From assembly GCF_006345805.1 (NCBI RefSeq), contig NC_043002.1:79112001-79175939 (forward strand): 63,939 nucleotides of DNA, in the 5' to 3' direction. The position numbers and the translations under genes are program-made. Under the pieces are notes generated by a model that searched no databases, was not told where the DNA came from, and saw only the letters and a list, made by a program, of their open reading frames with translations. Shown here piece after piece: positions 51,399 through 63,939 of this stretch. The stretch's first letter is position 1. The number at the start of each line of letters is the position of its first letter. This stretch comes from Octopus sinensis. Lineage: Eukaryota.

Positions 51399-53211
51399 TC
51401 AATGATATGCTTATACAAATATACAAATATATACAGAAACTCCTCACCTCCCTCTTTCTTTTTTCTCTGTCTCCCTCTCCTTCCATGTCTCTCTCTTTCT
51501 CCTTCTATCTCTCTCTATCTCTTTGTCTCTCTCTCTGTATACGTATGTATGTATATATATATATGTATGTATGTGTGTATATATATATATCTGTCTATAT
51601 ATTTATCTAATTATCTATACATGTGCGTGTTTGTGTGCGCGTGTGTGTGTGTGTATGTAGACATCTATGCATGATTGTATGATTGTATGTGTGCATATTT
51701 GCATGTATGTATGTATGTATGTATGTATGTATGTATGTATGTATGTATGTATGTATTCATGCATGCATGTATGTATGCATGTATATACATATATGCACAC
51801 ATAATCATTTAAAGTTGAACTTAGCCTGTGAATATCTTTGAATGTTTTGAGAAATAACTTTCAATTCTGACCTTAGCAATTACACTTAAGATGCTGGTCG
51901 TAATACTGCTACCCACTTTTATATGCATATAAGTAATTGTTAAAAGTGTACAAGCTTATATATGTAAATATACATGTGTTGTTAAAGTATTTAGTCGAAT
52001 ATTAAAGCTAGAAATTAAAGCGAAGTTAAATAAATCAAGGGCAACGCAGTCTTCATTAGTAAATAATGTGGCTAATCACGTGTCAATGCAATCCTTTAAA
52101 AAATAAATTCAGCTTTAGAACAGAGATGGTCTACCGTATTGGTATTGAGGTTACATCTAGGCTGATATGCGTTATGCTGTTGTAATGCGGTCTTTATGGA
52201 AAATATATTTGATTGGAGCAGACGATGTTTAAGTGTTGGAGGAGCGGTACGATGTTGAGGAAGAGGAAGTGACGGAAAAGAAAAAGACAGTAGGAATTGA
52301 CAAGTAATTGAGAATGATAGACTAGTAATGAGAGTATGGGTGTCAGTATTCAAGCATGGGAGTATGTTTGAATGAGACAATGTATGGAGGAAGGAGAGAA
52401 GAGGAAGAGATGAAAAGTATAGGTACGAGCGGAAAACGTGAGTATAGGGCGAGAATGAGAAAGAAATAGAGAGAGAGAGTGTGTGTGTGTGTGTGTTTAA
52501 GAGAGACAGAGAGAGAGAGAGAGGGGAGATTTGTAGATACAGGAAAAGCGATTTGCAAAGAATAGATAAAAAAACTGGTTAGTGAACATGAAGAAAACAC
52601 TGGAAGACCAATGGCAGGAAAATATCCATGGAAAATAGTTGGCAGAAAAACATTTTATAGTAATGCCTGAATCGTGTCAAAATGAAATTTAACAAATGCG
52701 AAATATAGAACTGGAGACATTGGGGATGAAAGCCAGCAAAATCAAGAATACAGAAAGTATAAGAGGGGGAAATAAGGAAAAAGACCCATCTATTATTCTT
52801 TCTAAGTTTTCCACAAGACCTGCAATTTTGGGGGAACAGATAAGCTGATTACAACGATTTTATTGCTCAACTCATACTCATATTATCAACCCCGAAAATG
52901 TGTAAGGCTAAGTCTCTTTGAGTGGAATTTGATCTCAGAACGTGATGAAGACACTCGATCAAAAGTTAGTATAGCCAATAGTGTTTCACCGCTATATTTA
53001 GTGGTTATTTAAACAATGTATTCGTGGATAGTTAATCGGCTGGATGTGGTGCTGAAGAAGGAGCAAGGTTACCTGAAATATGGATATACACCCATATTCG
53101 ATCGTATTGTTTATATAGACGTATTTGTATACGAAACGTCGTAACTTTCAGTGTCGGCTCCCAATGCTATAGAAAATCTGTAAAGATACGCTTCAAAAAT
53201 ATGTGTACATA

Positions 53212-53231
53212 TCTATTATATAAAATCCGTC

Positions 53232-53266
<35 letters not shown>

Positions 53267-53420
53267 TTCTAGGATCTCGAGCATCCTCCATCCGATTGCG
53301 CTCAAATTTGATATGCAGATACCGGTGGTATCAGGGCGTGTGCAAGCCTTGAAAAAATTACGAAAATCGATTCGAGGTGAGACTGCGATCGATAAAGCCG
53401 TGGGAAATCGTTTTTCTTTG
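53212..53420 (+). mobile_element. Dispersed repeat with a Helitron-like 5' end
   Basis: Homologous to 28305-28463; internal (TG)n. Confidence 0.55.
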
Positions 53421-53570
<150 letters not shown>

Positions 53571-54077
53571 CAGATGTTTGTGGTGTTTGGTTTGAGAGAT
53601 AGTGTTTATGCTGCTTGTCATTTGTCTGTGTGTATGTTCAAGTATATCACATAGACAAATACTATTTGCTTTACAATAATCTGGCACGTGACTAGTCTGT
53701 TTATGTACCGTATACATATATAAGCATATGCATACTCGTTTCTCCCTCTCTTTCTCTTCTTTCTTCCACATATCTGCTAACACACTCCTACACTCACACA
53801 ACGACACACTCATGCACACATACGTATGTTCATACAAACACACCGACGATATATATTTTATTTTAAGGATGGAGACGAAAAGCAGGATTCCAAGTAGCTT
53901 TGATCAATGTCTACTAATTAGTAACAAATGAAGCTGTGTTGTTGAAACAGGAAAAACTGAAAACATTAAGTTTCAGATTCAACAGAAAAGTCGTCCATAA
54001 CTCAGCAGTTAACGGTATTCTTGAACAAAATCCATGAATGATATTTACTGGAATAACTCCCACTCTCTCACTGTCTC

Positions 54078-54137
<60 letters not shown>

Positions 54138-55948
54138 ACTCACTCCTTTATTTGCTTCTCTTTATCCCTTCCTCGCCTTCCTCTCCTTCTCTCATTCTGT
54201 CCTCAGTCCTGTGTGGTATTTACTGTCATGTGTTAAACCTTCTGAATTCATCCACCGCAGTAAATATTTTTGTGTCAGAGTAAACAAGTTTTCAAAACTC
54301 TTGCTACGCCAAAGATAAAAAAAAATAATCTTACTGTTTAAGAAAAACAAAAGAAATTTAGTTTTTATTGATTAAGATCGAACAAAATATTTTTTTAATC
54401 TAAAAAATTTTCCAAAAAGTCAGACGGAAGTGAAAACGTTACATCAATATCCGCCATTTCTTTAACGCTTTTTTTCTTTTTAAATGTAGGTTTGAGAACA
54501 TTTTTAATAACGTAGATATCTTATCTGCTAAGATTAAGTGGCAAGTAGCTAAGGTATATTTCTCCTTAGGGTGTGAATTTTATTAAGGAATTTGAGATAA
54601 TTGAAAAAATCGAAAAGAAATGTTTAAAACAAAATAACTTTCCACCAGAATATTAGAATGGAGCCATCACGCAATCGCAACAAATTTGATGGCGATACAT
54701 TTAAGCAATGAACACTCCATTTAGTATTATAGACGCTTAAATGGGCTAAAGTTTAGTGAGTCAAAAAAGGCTTGTTGAGTTTTATCGAATTGCCAATGAA
54801 TAAATGCAGACAAACGCCCTCAGAATTATTCTATCTGGACATTTAACCAGGCAGGGTGCAGTTCTATAAATAACTAGACCAGATCATATTAAAATTATAT
54901 TCGACGTCGCATGAAATATAGTTGAACGGGGCGACTGAACAGATAATTCAAATTAAACTGAATTACATTCCGATATTGCAACAGCAATGTTTTCCTTTAG
55001 TTTCACAGTTGTACAACATTGGAACAAACTCCGAGCCAGTGCTGCGGAATGAACATTTGCTCTAACACATTTCAAGTTCAAGCCTCATAGAATCTTGCGC
55101 GATCCAGATTTCCTGACCGGCTAAATGAGGCCATCTGAACTAATAGCTGTTACGGCCGTACTGGAATTCTACGCCAGATCGTTATCATCATCGTCGCCGT
55201 CGTCATCCTCCTCCTCATCATCATCATCATCATCATCAACATCATTGTCGTCGTCGTCGTCATCGGCTTTTCGTCATGGTACATTATCTTTGCTGGAATG
55301 CTCCATGTAAACGAAATGGAGGGTGAGGGAGCAAAACGTGGCCAAGAAAGTATTCACTTCACCTATCACGAAATCTGAGAGTATGTGGCATTGAGGAAAT
55401 GGCCAGTGTCTTGTGTTAGGGATCCTATGAATTAGAAAGGAATCGTACTCCAGATTCTAGTACATCACGATCCATTGCATCATGCTGTCCAACGATATTG
55501 TCGTTGTTGATGCTCTTGTTGTTGATGGTGCTGCTGTGGCTGCTGCTGCTGGTGGTGATGGTTTTGTAATTCTTGTTCTTGCTGCTGTTGTTGTTGTTGC
55601 TGTTGTCAATATTGACTTTGCTGATACGGAAAGACGAAGTTAAGAGCCACGCCAATTTAATGTGTTATACATGTGGAAAATATGTAGCCCCTGTCACCCC
55701 CTCAATCACTCTCTCTTTCTCTTTTTCTCTCTCTTTCTCTTTATCTATCTATCCCCTTCTCATTCTAGCCGCTTTCCGTATCTCTTTCCTCTTTCATTAT
55801 ACATTCTATGTATGTATGTATATAGACGTATCTGGGTGTAACAGACATACACATGCACATACACACACGCATACATGCATACATACATACACGCACACAT
55901 ATCATACACGATCTTAATACAAACATACATACATACAGACAGACAGAC

Positions 55949-56023
<75 letters not shown>

Positions 56024-56157
56024 AAGCACGATATTTTCGTGATCAGAGTCGTTCGTGAACCGAGGTACTACTGTTATTGTATTAAATGAATATGAGAAAG
56101 ACAGGAGGTAAAGTACGACATATTCGTGATTAGAGTTGTTTGAATACCGAGTTTCTA

Positions 56158-56199
<42 letters not shown>

Positions 56200-56204
<5 letters not shown>

Positions 56205-56371
56205 TGTGTGTTAAGTAGCTTGCTTACGAACCACATGGTTCCAGGTTCCGTCCCACTGCGTGGCACCTTGAGCAAGTGTCTTCTACTATAGCCTCGGGGC
56301 GACCAAAGCCTTGTGAGTGGATTTGGTAGATGGAAACAGAAAGAAGCCCGTGGTATATATGTGTATGTATA

Positions 56372-56433
<62 letters not shown>

Positions 56434-56668
56434 GGTATGTGTTTAAGTTCGTGTGTTTGTGTTCGTCCCTCCCCCCAACATCGCTTGACAACCGATGCTG
56501 GTGTGTTTACGTCCCCGTAACTTAGCAGTTCGGCAAAAGTGACCGATAGAATAAGTATTAAGCTTACAAAGAATAAGTCCTGGGGTCGATTTGTTCGACT
56601 GAAGGCGGTGCTCCAGCATGGCCACAGTCAAATGACTGAAAAAATTAAAAGAGTAAAAGAGTAAAAGT
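56200..56668 (+). mobile_element. Near full-length tRNA-derived SINE with internal (TA)/(TG) microsatellite and LINE-like tail
   Basis: GGCTGTGTGTTAAGTAGCTTGC...GGTTCCGTCCCACTG head; tail GGCGGTGCTCCAGCATGGCCACAGTCAAATGACTGAAA plus (AAAGAGT)n; many copies in the window. Confidence 0.9.
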
Positions 56669-56889
56669 GTATATATATATATATATATATAATTACTGGA
56701 CTGCGCAGCTATGGAAGTACACATACGTATTTCGTATTTAACATCAGAAAATACATATTAGTTAACAACATAGATTCGGATAAAAGTTTTCCTGCAAGAG
56801 AATGGCATCAACTGTTTACAAACACTGTACAAAGCTGTAGCCTCTTGTAAATAGCAGTAATGTGATTAATGTGGCAAATACCTAATCAT

Positions 56890-57187
56890 ATAACAAGAAT
56901 TGATACCTACCTCATTGTTTTCAACCATTGATAAATTTATCGCCTGTGAATATGAAATTCCTCTTCATTTCTCTGGAAATTTACATCTACACCATTGGAA
57001 ATTGTGCATCTATACAAAGGATTAATTCACCCTCTCTGTAATGCTAATAAGCAGGAATTGAGACCCACCTCGTTGTGATTAACAATGGATAAATTTGTCG
57101 TCTGTGAGTATGTAATCCCTCCTCATATCTCTGGAAATTCATATGTGCACTATGGATTAGGTCACCTTCTCTGTGATGCTATTAAAA
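56890..57187. repeat. Diverged two-copy tandem repeat (~158-bp period)
   Basis: GATAAATTT.TCG.CTGTGA.TATG.AAT.CCTC.TCAT.TCTCTGGAAATT at ~56930 and ~57088. Confidence 0.7.
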
Positions 57188-57503
57188 CTTTTTTTAAAAT
57201 TCTGTGATAAGACTGTACATCATCTTTAAAGAACTTTAATGAACTTTGGAAATCTGTTTATGTTACTTAATTATCTACATTACTTCATGAGTATAGCCTC
57301 AACCACTAGGATGTCTAGAGAACTCACATGTATTTTAGCTGATGAGTACGGGACACGTTTATATGCTGTAATTTTTGCAACTTTTAATAAAGCCTGTCCT
57401 TGTATGAAACGATTGTACTAAAAACCTATCCATTCTTGTTGCTTCTTTCTCGCGTATATATATATATATTATATATATATATATATATTATATATATATA
57501 TAT

Positions 57504-57840
57504 AAACCACTTATAAACTAGGGCAAAAGAAAAATTTTCTAATGACAAATATGCCGAAACTAGACACATCGTCCATAACCATATAATTCGTCACTGTAAG
57601 CACGCGTCTCGAAGAAAACCGACAGATATTTCTAAAAAATTCCGTAATTACCATATCGGACCCGGTGGCAAAGAAATAAATGAAATACTTACTTATACCC
57701 ATCGAAGAAGCAAACACTAAGTCATGAGCACAACTAAGTACCCCACATATATCCAAAATATATGGTTATGGACGATGTGTCTAGTTTGGCATATTTGGCA
57801 TTAGAAATTTTTTTCTTTTGCCCTTGTTTATAAGTTGTTT
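57504..57840. mobile_element. Element with ~80-bp inverted repeats around a ~170-bp spacer, next to (TA)n
   Basis: AAACCACTTATAAACTAGGGCAAAAG...GACACATCGTCCATAACCATATA versus TATATGGTTATGGACGATGTGTC...CTTTTGCCCTTGTTTATAAGTTGTTT. Confidence 0.75.
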
Positions 57841-58181
57841 TTAAATCTAACCGTTAAAGGTATTTTTTAATATGCTGGCCATTGATAAAATTTTTTCCGA
57901 AAAATTTTATCCTATATTAGATATATATATATATATATATGTTGTTATACACCGATTGTCACAATGCACTTCGAACTCTTTCTTTGGTTGTCCCTTCTTT
58001 TCCATATCGGCCCAAATTATTTAACTAAATCATTTCCGTGGAAGCCTTGCGAATCGAATGGCCTGATATATACATCTATGTGTGTGTGTGTGTGTGTGTG
58101 TATGTGTGTGTGTGAGTGTGTATGTCTGCCTGTGTGTATCTGTATGTAGATATGTTTGTATGTATATATATATATATATCG

Positions 58182-58355
58182 TTAGATACTACGCACATGT
58201 TTTTCTCTCCTTGTTTTTTTTGTGTCCCTTTCTGTAGAAGAGCGTAGGCTCGAAACGTAAAATACATTTTTCTATTCCTGAGCGTTATACTAATACATCT
58301 GTTTGTTTTGTACACCACCTGTCTTCGTCTTTTGTTTTTTTCGTAAACTCTCCCT
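58182..58355 (+). mobile_element. pLTR-like element with variant hammerhead motif
   Basis: TTT-CTGTAGA-A-GAGC-GTAG-GCTC-GAAAC-GTA-AAA at 58229-58262; same family as 43853-44012. Confidence 0.6.
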
Positions 58356-58358
58356 ATA

Positions 58359-58422
<64 letters not shown>

Positions 58423-58423
<1 letters not shown>

Positions 58424-60290
58424 TAGAAGAGATAGCCGGCGTTGCCCGGTTACATTCAATAGAAGAATTAGACTTTTCTGTTATATATATATATATATAT
58501 ATTTGGATACACACACACACACACACACACATATATATGTATATTAATATAAATACATGAAAGTACATGAAGTTTGTTAAAAAAATTGGGATCATGTATA
58601 TACCTCCTGGCTGTTAAGATTATAACACCTCGTTGTAAACAATGTTCCTTTATTTTTCCTTGTGGAGCATTTACAAAAAGGTTTCTTTTGGTTCCTACTG
58701 TTGAGCAGCCAACATACAGTTGCCTATGCGAGAAGCAGGGCTCTTCCAAGAGAAGACCAGCTACGGAGAGGGTTTGACCCTGAGATTTTTTAATGGACAT
58801 GGCAAAGCTGACACGAAGGGGGAATTGCTGTCTTCTGAATGTAAATGGAATTTCTGCTCCTGATGGAGTAAGAGGAAATCTTGGAATAAAGACGTCATCA
58901 CCTTTTCCACATCCAGAAAGAATGATCGCCTCGATAACGTGTAATATCATTTTCTTTATCACCAGTCGTGTTCCATTGCAAAGTCTTGGTGGTTCCAGAT
59001 TGCGGAGTAGCATTACAGGAGTCCCAACTTTAAGTGGTAATATGTGTGGAGGTAGTCGAGGAGGGCTCCAGTGAATTGAGAAATTCAGGACGATAGTTCA
59101 CAACTTCATTTATATCTGGAATTGTATCAACAGACTTGTAAGTGTGTATAGTGCCGGGAAGAGAATGCATTAGCTGTTGGTTAATTTTGTTAACAGCGAC
59201 GTTTTTTGGAGCTAATATTGCTCTTTCACACAGCCAATTGTGATTTTGGTAGTTTTGTATGAAGTTGGGAACGACTTTGTTTTTGAGGTCATCTACAGAA
59301 TTAACAACAGAGGAAAATGACCACACTTCCATTTGTCCTGCAGCATCGAGAGGCATCTTGCCTTCACCAAGTGTCAAAATGTCCTGTGCAAACTTTGTGG
59401 ACATTTTGTTGCCGTGTAGCTGAGCCCTCATGTTAGTGGTGAGACTAAAGATTGTAAAATGATCCCACAGGGTAGAGGACTTTAGGCATGCTTGAACTTC
59501 ATCAGCTCTAGTGCCTTTCGGAATGAGAGGAAGAGTTTGCCTGAAATCACCTGACAACAGAAGCGTTACACCTCCTATTGGAGCCTGACAGTCTCGGATA
59601 TCTTTCAGGGCTCTATCTAATGCTTCCAAAGCTCCCTTGTGAGCCATAGTGCACTCATCCCAGACAATTATGTAATACATTTTAAATACTTGTCCCTGAT
59701 CTGAGCTTTTGTTGATGGTGCATGAATGCATTTCGGATGCTGCTAAATTGAGAGGGAGTTTAAAAGTTGAGTGTGCTGTCCTGCCACCGGGTAACAAAGT
59801 AGCTGCAATACCAGAGGAGGCTACAGCTACTGCAATGTCCTGATGCTACCTAACTTCTGCAAGGAGATGCTTTGTAATAAATGTTTTTCCTGTCCCTCCA
59901 GGAGCATCGAGGAAGAAGATTTGTCCCTCGCGTTGGCGTACACTGTTAAGAATAGTTCTGTAGGCCTGCAGCTGGTCCGGAAGTAATTTAGGCTCATTTT
60001 CAACAATGTACTTTGAAAGCGCTTGAGTGTCGTAGGTTGTTTCACGAATGACAGCAGTGGGAGGGCTATTTGACCCTGACCTGAATGCTTGTGGCAGGCC
60101 ATACGTCGACAATTCATTTCCACCCAGCTTAGCAATTCTGTCTTCAACGTCAATGAGTGTTTTGTTATAGATTTCATTGCTGATACCCTCCATGTCAGGA
60201 TAGAGCAGTTGAGCTTGGCGCTGAAGGGGACAATGTTTTTGAGATTCCGGTTCGAATGTAAGGCAGGTTTGACAGTGTTCCCAACAGTTA
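58423..60290 (-). mobile_element. Helitron remnant: pseudogenised PIF1-family helicase domain with an intact 3' terminus
   Basis: ORFs 59846-60496, 59030-59797 and 58468-59013 carry FLDAPGGTGKTF (Walker A), WDECTM, GDFRQTLP, LTTNMR, LCNGTRL and QFPLR.SFAMSIKKSQGQT, with a stop and a frameshift between them. The minus-strand 3' end has the hairpin CCGGGCAACGCCGG, then CTAG|T at 58423-58426. Confidence 0.92.
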
Positions 60291-60364
60291 TTAGTTGTAG
60301 TTGTAGAGTGTTTATGTCGAATATGTACGTATGCATGTATATATATGTATGTATGCCTGTATAT

Positions 60365-60500
60365 ATGTACAAAATCCACTGAGAAGGCTTTTGTTGGTCT
60401 GAAGCTACAGCAGAAGACACATGCCAAGTCACCACACAGTGGGACTGAACCCAGGACCATGTGTTTGGAACGTAGTTTGTTACCACACAGCCACACATGC
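60365..60500 (-). mobile_element. SINE 5' fragment at the Helitron truncation point
   Basis: Reverse-complement match to the 56200 head; supplies the false N-terminus of ORF 59846..60496. Confidence 0.7.
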
Positions 60501-61719
60501 CCCTATGTATGTGTGTGTGTGCGTATGTGTGTATGGGTAGATATATTATGCATGAATATGTGTGTATATATATGTGTACATATTACATGTACATCTATAT
60601 ATATACATCTACACATAAAATACAAAATACAAAGTTATATCTTGATATCGCTAGTGATAACAATACTCATAATATATAACAGACTGGAATTGTAGGCCCG
60701 TCTCTTGCAATTACGATCAATTGGATCTTGTCCTCCCTCTTGTATAGAAGTGTACGGCTGAAGCGAAATTCATTTTTGGACTTTCTTCTATCAAAGGCAT
60801 TTTAACAAAAATACTTCCGTAAAGACGGTGAAAATATTGTCAATTTCCCTAAACAGGGACGCAAATCAATTTTTAAACAATAACCAAAGCTCCTTCTCCG
60901 AAAGGGGGAGGGTTACGGTTTACAATTATTTAACAAAGGCAACACAACAACGTTTCCCTGACGAAGAACCAACAAACGTGATTACAATAGTCAAACAGTA
61001 ATAATAATAACAACAAACATTTTTAATTTATCCTCATTTATGTGAAACCACTTATTCAAGTTCAAGTCATTGATGCAATTTTATACGAATTGCTAATACA
61101 CACACACACACACACACATAATAATAAGGGTGAAAAATTGAATATTAATTTGATTAATATGAATTGAAAACCAGTGGTGTAGTATATAAGACCATAGCGG
61201 ATCTTCCTCTAGCAAAAAGGATGACCACTATTAATGGCTCATCCCTGTTATATAATACTTGCACTTTAATAGTTTCACACTTGCAAAGAAAAAGTAAGAG
61301 AAAGTGTGGTGGTAATAGCAGGAGTAAACCACTTGAAATGAGAGAGGCAAATCGTAAAATATTGAGTTTTCTCGAATTTTTGCTTAATTGGGGGTCAAAT
61401 TGAAAAAACATTTTATGCCATGACCCAATCGAATCTATTTCGAAAAATCATAGGTAAATTCCAATTGAAGAAATTCTATATTGTAGAATTGTATTAAAAA
61501 AGAACATGGGAACAGGCAGAGAAAATCTGCCTTTTATCATAAGAGATATATATTTAAACATATACACACACACATATATATATACATGTTTGTATATATG
61601 TAAGTATGTTTCTATATATACATATATATACATATATATATATATATAAATGGCGGTGCCCCAGCATGGCCACAGCTCATTAGCTGAAACTGGAAAAATC
61701 AAAAATAAAAAAAAAAATC

Positions 61720-61754
<35 letters not shown>

Positions 61755-62633
61755 CATATATATAAGTATGTTTCTATATATATATATAAGTATGTATATA
61801 TGTATGTATGTTTCTATGTAGTGCGTGTAGATGGTATATGCATATAATATTAACAAGTTTCCTGCTTCTCTGTTTGTTTCATGCATTCGTATCGTGCGTT
61901 GTAGTATTGTTGTAAGGTATGTTTTCCATCCTGTTTTAAATTTGAACATTCCGTTCTTATCCACGTTATTCTTATCCGACGAAAAATCGTCATAAGTTTC
62001 CCTGAGAAGTTAGAACTTTTCAGAAATGAATACCGAAAACGTACAGATCTTTTCAGATACACGAGAAAGTAGCTTTTATCTTGAAATTTATCGAAATTAT
62101 GCACCTGGTTACTTAAAGTTACAAAGAATTTTATTTGCCTTTTGTGTAAATATGCTCGTTGCTCTTATACTCTGTCATATTGCCTGGTTACTGCTGTTTT
62201 AGATATTGTTAGTGATTCGGTTATTTGAGTAAACCAATATGCTTCAGCTAGATGATGGTAAAAGTAAAAAAAAAATCAATTGACCAATGCTTTAAAAAAT
62301 GACCATAGGGATATTTATTGTTGCCATACTGTCCAAATATATGGAATATATAAATGTAGTGTCCATTTTGAAAAGAAAGTATATATATAAGTTTGGCTGG
62401 TCGCTCTTATCGAGCATATGAAATAGGAGGTTCTTTGTTGGTCGATTATGTGAGACTGTGATGCTACACGAACTGTTTGCTACTGCCTGAGACCTGCAAG
62501 CTCTTCAGTTATATTGTCACACATAGTCATAGTATATACATAGTTCATATATGTACATACTTATACACACACACACACACACACATATATAATATATATA
62601 TATATGTGTGTGTGTGTAATATATATATGTATG

Positions 62634-62690
<57 letters not shown>

Positions 62691-62724
62691 GTGTGTATAT
62701 ATATATGTATATATATATACATAC

Positions 62725-62767
<43 letters not shown>

Positions 62768-62769
<2 letters not shown>

Positions 62770-62965
62770 TCTTTTCTCTTTTACTTGTTCAGTCATTTAA
62801 CTGCGGCCATGCTGGAGCACCGCCTTTAGTCGAGGAAATCGACCCCAGCACTTATTCTTTGTAAGCTTAGTACTTGTTCTATCGGTCTCTTTTGACGAAC
62901 CGATAAGTTACATGGACGGAAACACACCAGTATTAGTTGTCAAACGATGTTGGGAGGCAAATACA
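62768..62965 (-). mobile_element. SINE 3' half
   Basis: Reverse-complement match to 56475-56668. Confidence 0.85.
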
Positions 62966-63012
<47 letters not shown>

Positions 63013-63016
63013 TATA

Positions 63017-63077
<61 letters not shown>

Positions 63078-63109
63078 TATATACAAAACTAAATGCAATA
63101 CCAATTTAA

Positions 63110-63912
63110 TACACTGAACCTGGAGGAATTGCAATCCCAGGGACACAGTCAGTGTGAGACCTGAGCATTTACATGATTAATGGTGCATCCTTCCATATGC
63201 ATGTTGCTAAGTTGGCAATGAAATGCAGGCGGCTGACCGGATGGATTCTTAGAACTTTGAGAACGAGAAAGTATCATGGTTCTGTGGAGGACACTTGTCC
63301 CAAGCCGCTTTGACTATTGCTCCCATCTATGGTCACCAACCAGTGTAAAATTAATTGCATAACTTGAGGCAATCCAACGAATCTACACAGAGTAGATAGC
63401 CTCTATGCAGCATATAAGCTACTGGGAAAGATTCAAGAGATTGAGACTCTGTTCCTTAGAGCGTAGGCAGGGAAGATATGCCATAATATACATCTGGAAG
63501 GTCCCAGAGGGATTAGTTCCAAATTTTGGCATCGAAAGTTACACTAATGCTAGAACAGGGCGCCACTGCATAGTGCCAAAGATTCCAAATTTGCCATCAA
63601 GATATAGGACAAGATATTGCAACAGCCTGGGCTTTAAAGACCCACAGTTCTTCAATATTCTGCCGAAGGACCTGAGAGACCTATATGGGGTGAATGCGGG
63701 TATCTTCAAATCGAAACTAAAACTCTTACTGTCAAGTGTCCCAGATGATCGAACTTCACAGCAGAAAGTGCAGATGAGGGCAGCGGCATCAAACCTCCTC
63801 GTGCACCAAACGTCAATTCCTAAAAAGAATTAGTGAAGTAAAATTATGTAGCAACACCAAATAGCGATGCCCCAGCATGGCCACAGCTCATGAGCTGAAA
63901 CTAGATTAAATC
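63110..63912 (+). pseudogene. CR1-group LINE ORF2 C-terminal fragment plus 3' tail
   Basis: LEAIQR...YWERFKRLRLCSLERRQGRYAIIYIWK...RTGRHC...FFNILPKDLR. The 3' UTR has GCCCCAGCATGGCCACAGCTCATGAGCTGAAAC, shared with the SINE tails and a solo tail at 61651-61693. Confidence 0.8.
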
Positions 63913-63939
63913 AAATGCGTACTGGGGTCGATCTAATTG

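Noticed and set aside
54420-54462. CGGAAGTG (ETS-like) and CCGCCATTT (YY1-like) motifs as a promoter
   Set aside because: Short motifs expected by chance; no downstream exon or CpG-rich context supportable from sequence.
60955-60985. CTGACGAAGAACC...AAACGTG as a hammerhead
   Set aside because: No stem II pairing or GAAA.

Overview
Repeat-saturated, AT-rich, non-coding eukaryotic DNA. Its tRNA-derived SINE families and dense (TA)n/(GATA)n/(CA)n/(AAT)n microsatellites resemble an octopus (coleoid cephalopod) genome; this is inference. I found no intact host protein-coding gene, and nearly all ORFs in the track are translated microsatellite. The main feature is a ~15-kb head-to-tail array (9525-24460) of about 37.5 near-identical ~400-bp units. 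On the minus strand each unit encodes a type I hammerhead ribozyme: UCUCA-CUGAUGA-[extended stem II]-GAAA-CUGCA-GUC^UGAGA, with a palindromic stem III and a possible stem I/stem II pseudoknot. This makes it a candidate non-LTR retrozyme (self-cleaving, circRNA-producing satellite) sitting in a (TA)n tract. At least five other unrelated short elements carry minimal, Penelope-type hammerhead motifs, several as head-to-head inverted duplications. One of them is a tRNA-headed element with an 11-bp target-site duplication. The rest is decayed transposons: CR1-type LINE fragments, an R4/Dong-like 3' end in (AAT)n, a Helitron PIF1-helicase remnant with an intact 3' terminus, mariner and piggyBac-like MITEs, a possible Penelope GIY-YIG remnant, and many SINEs. 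All RNA folding was done by eye; activity is untested.
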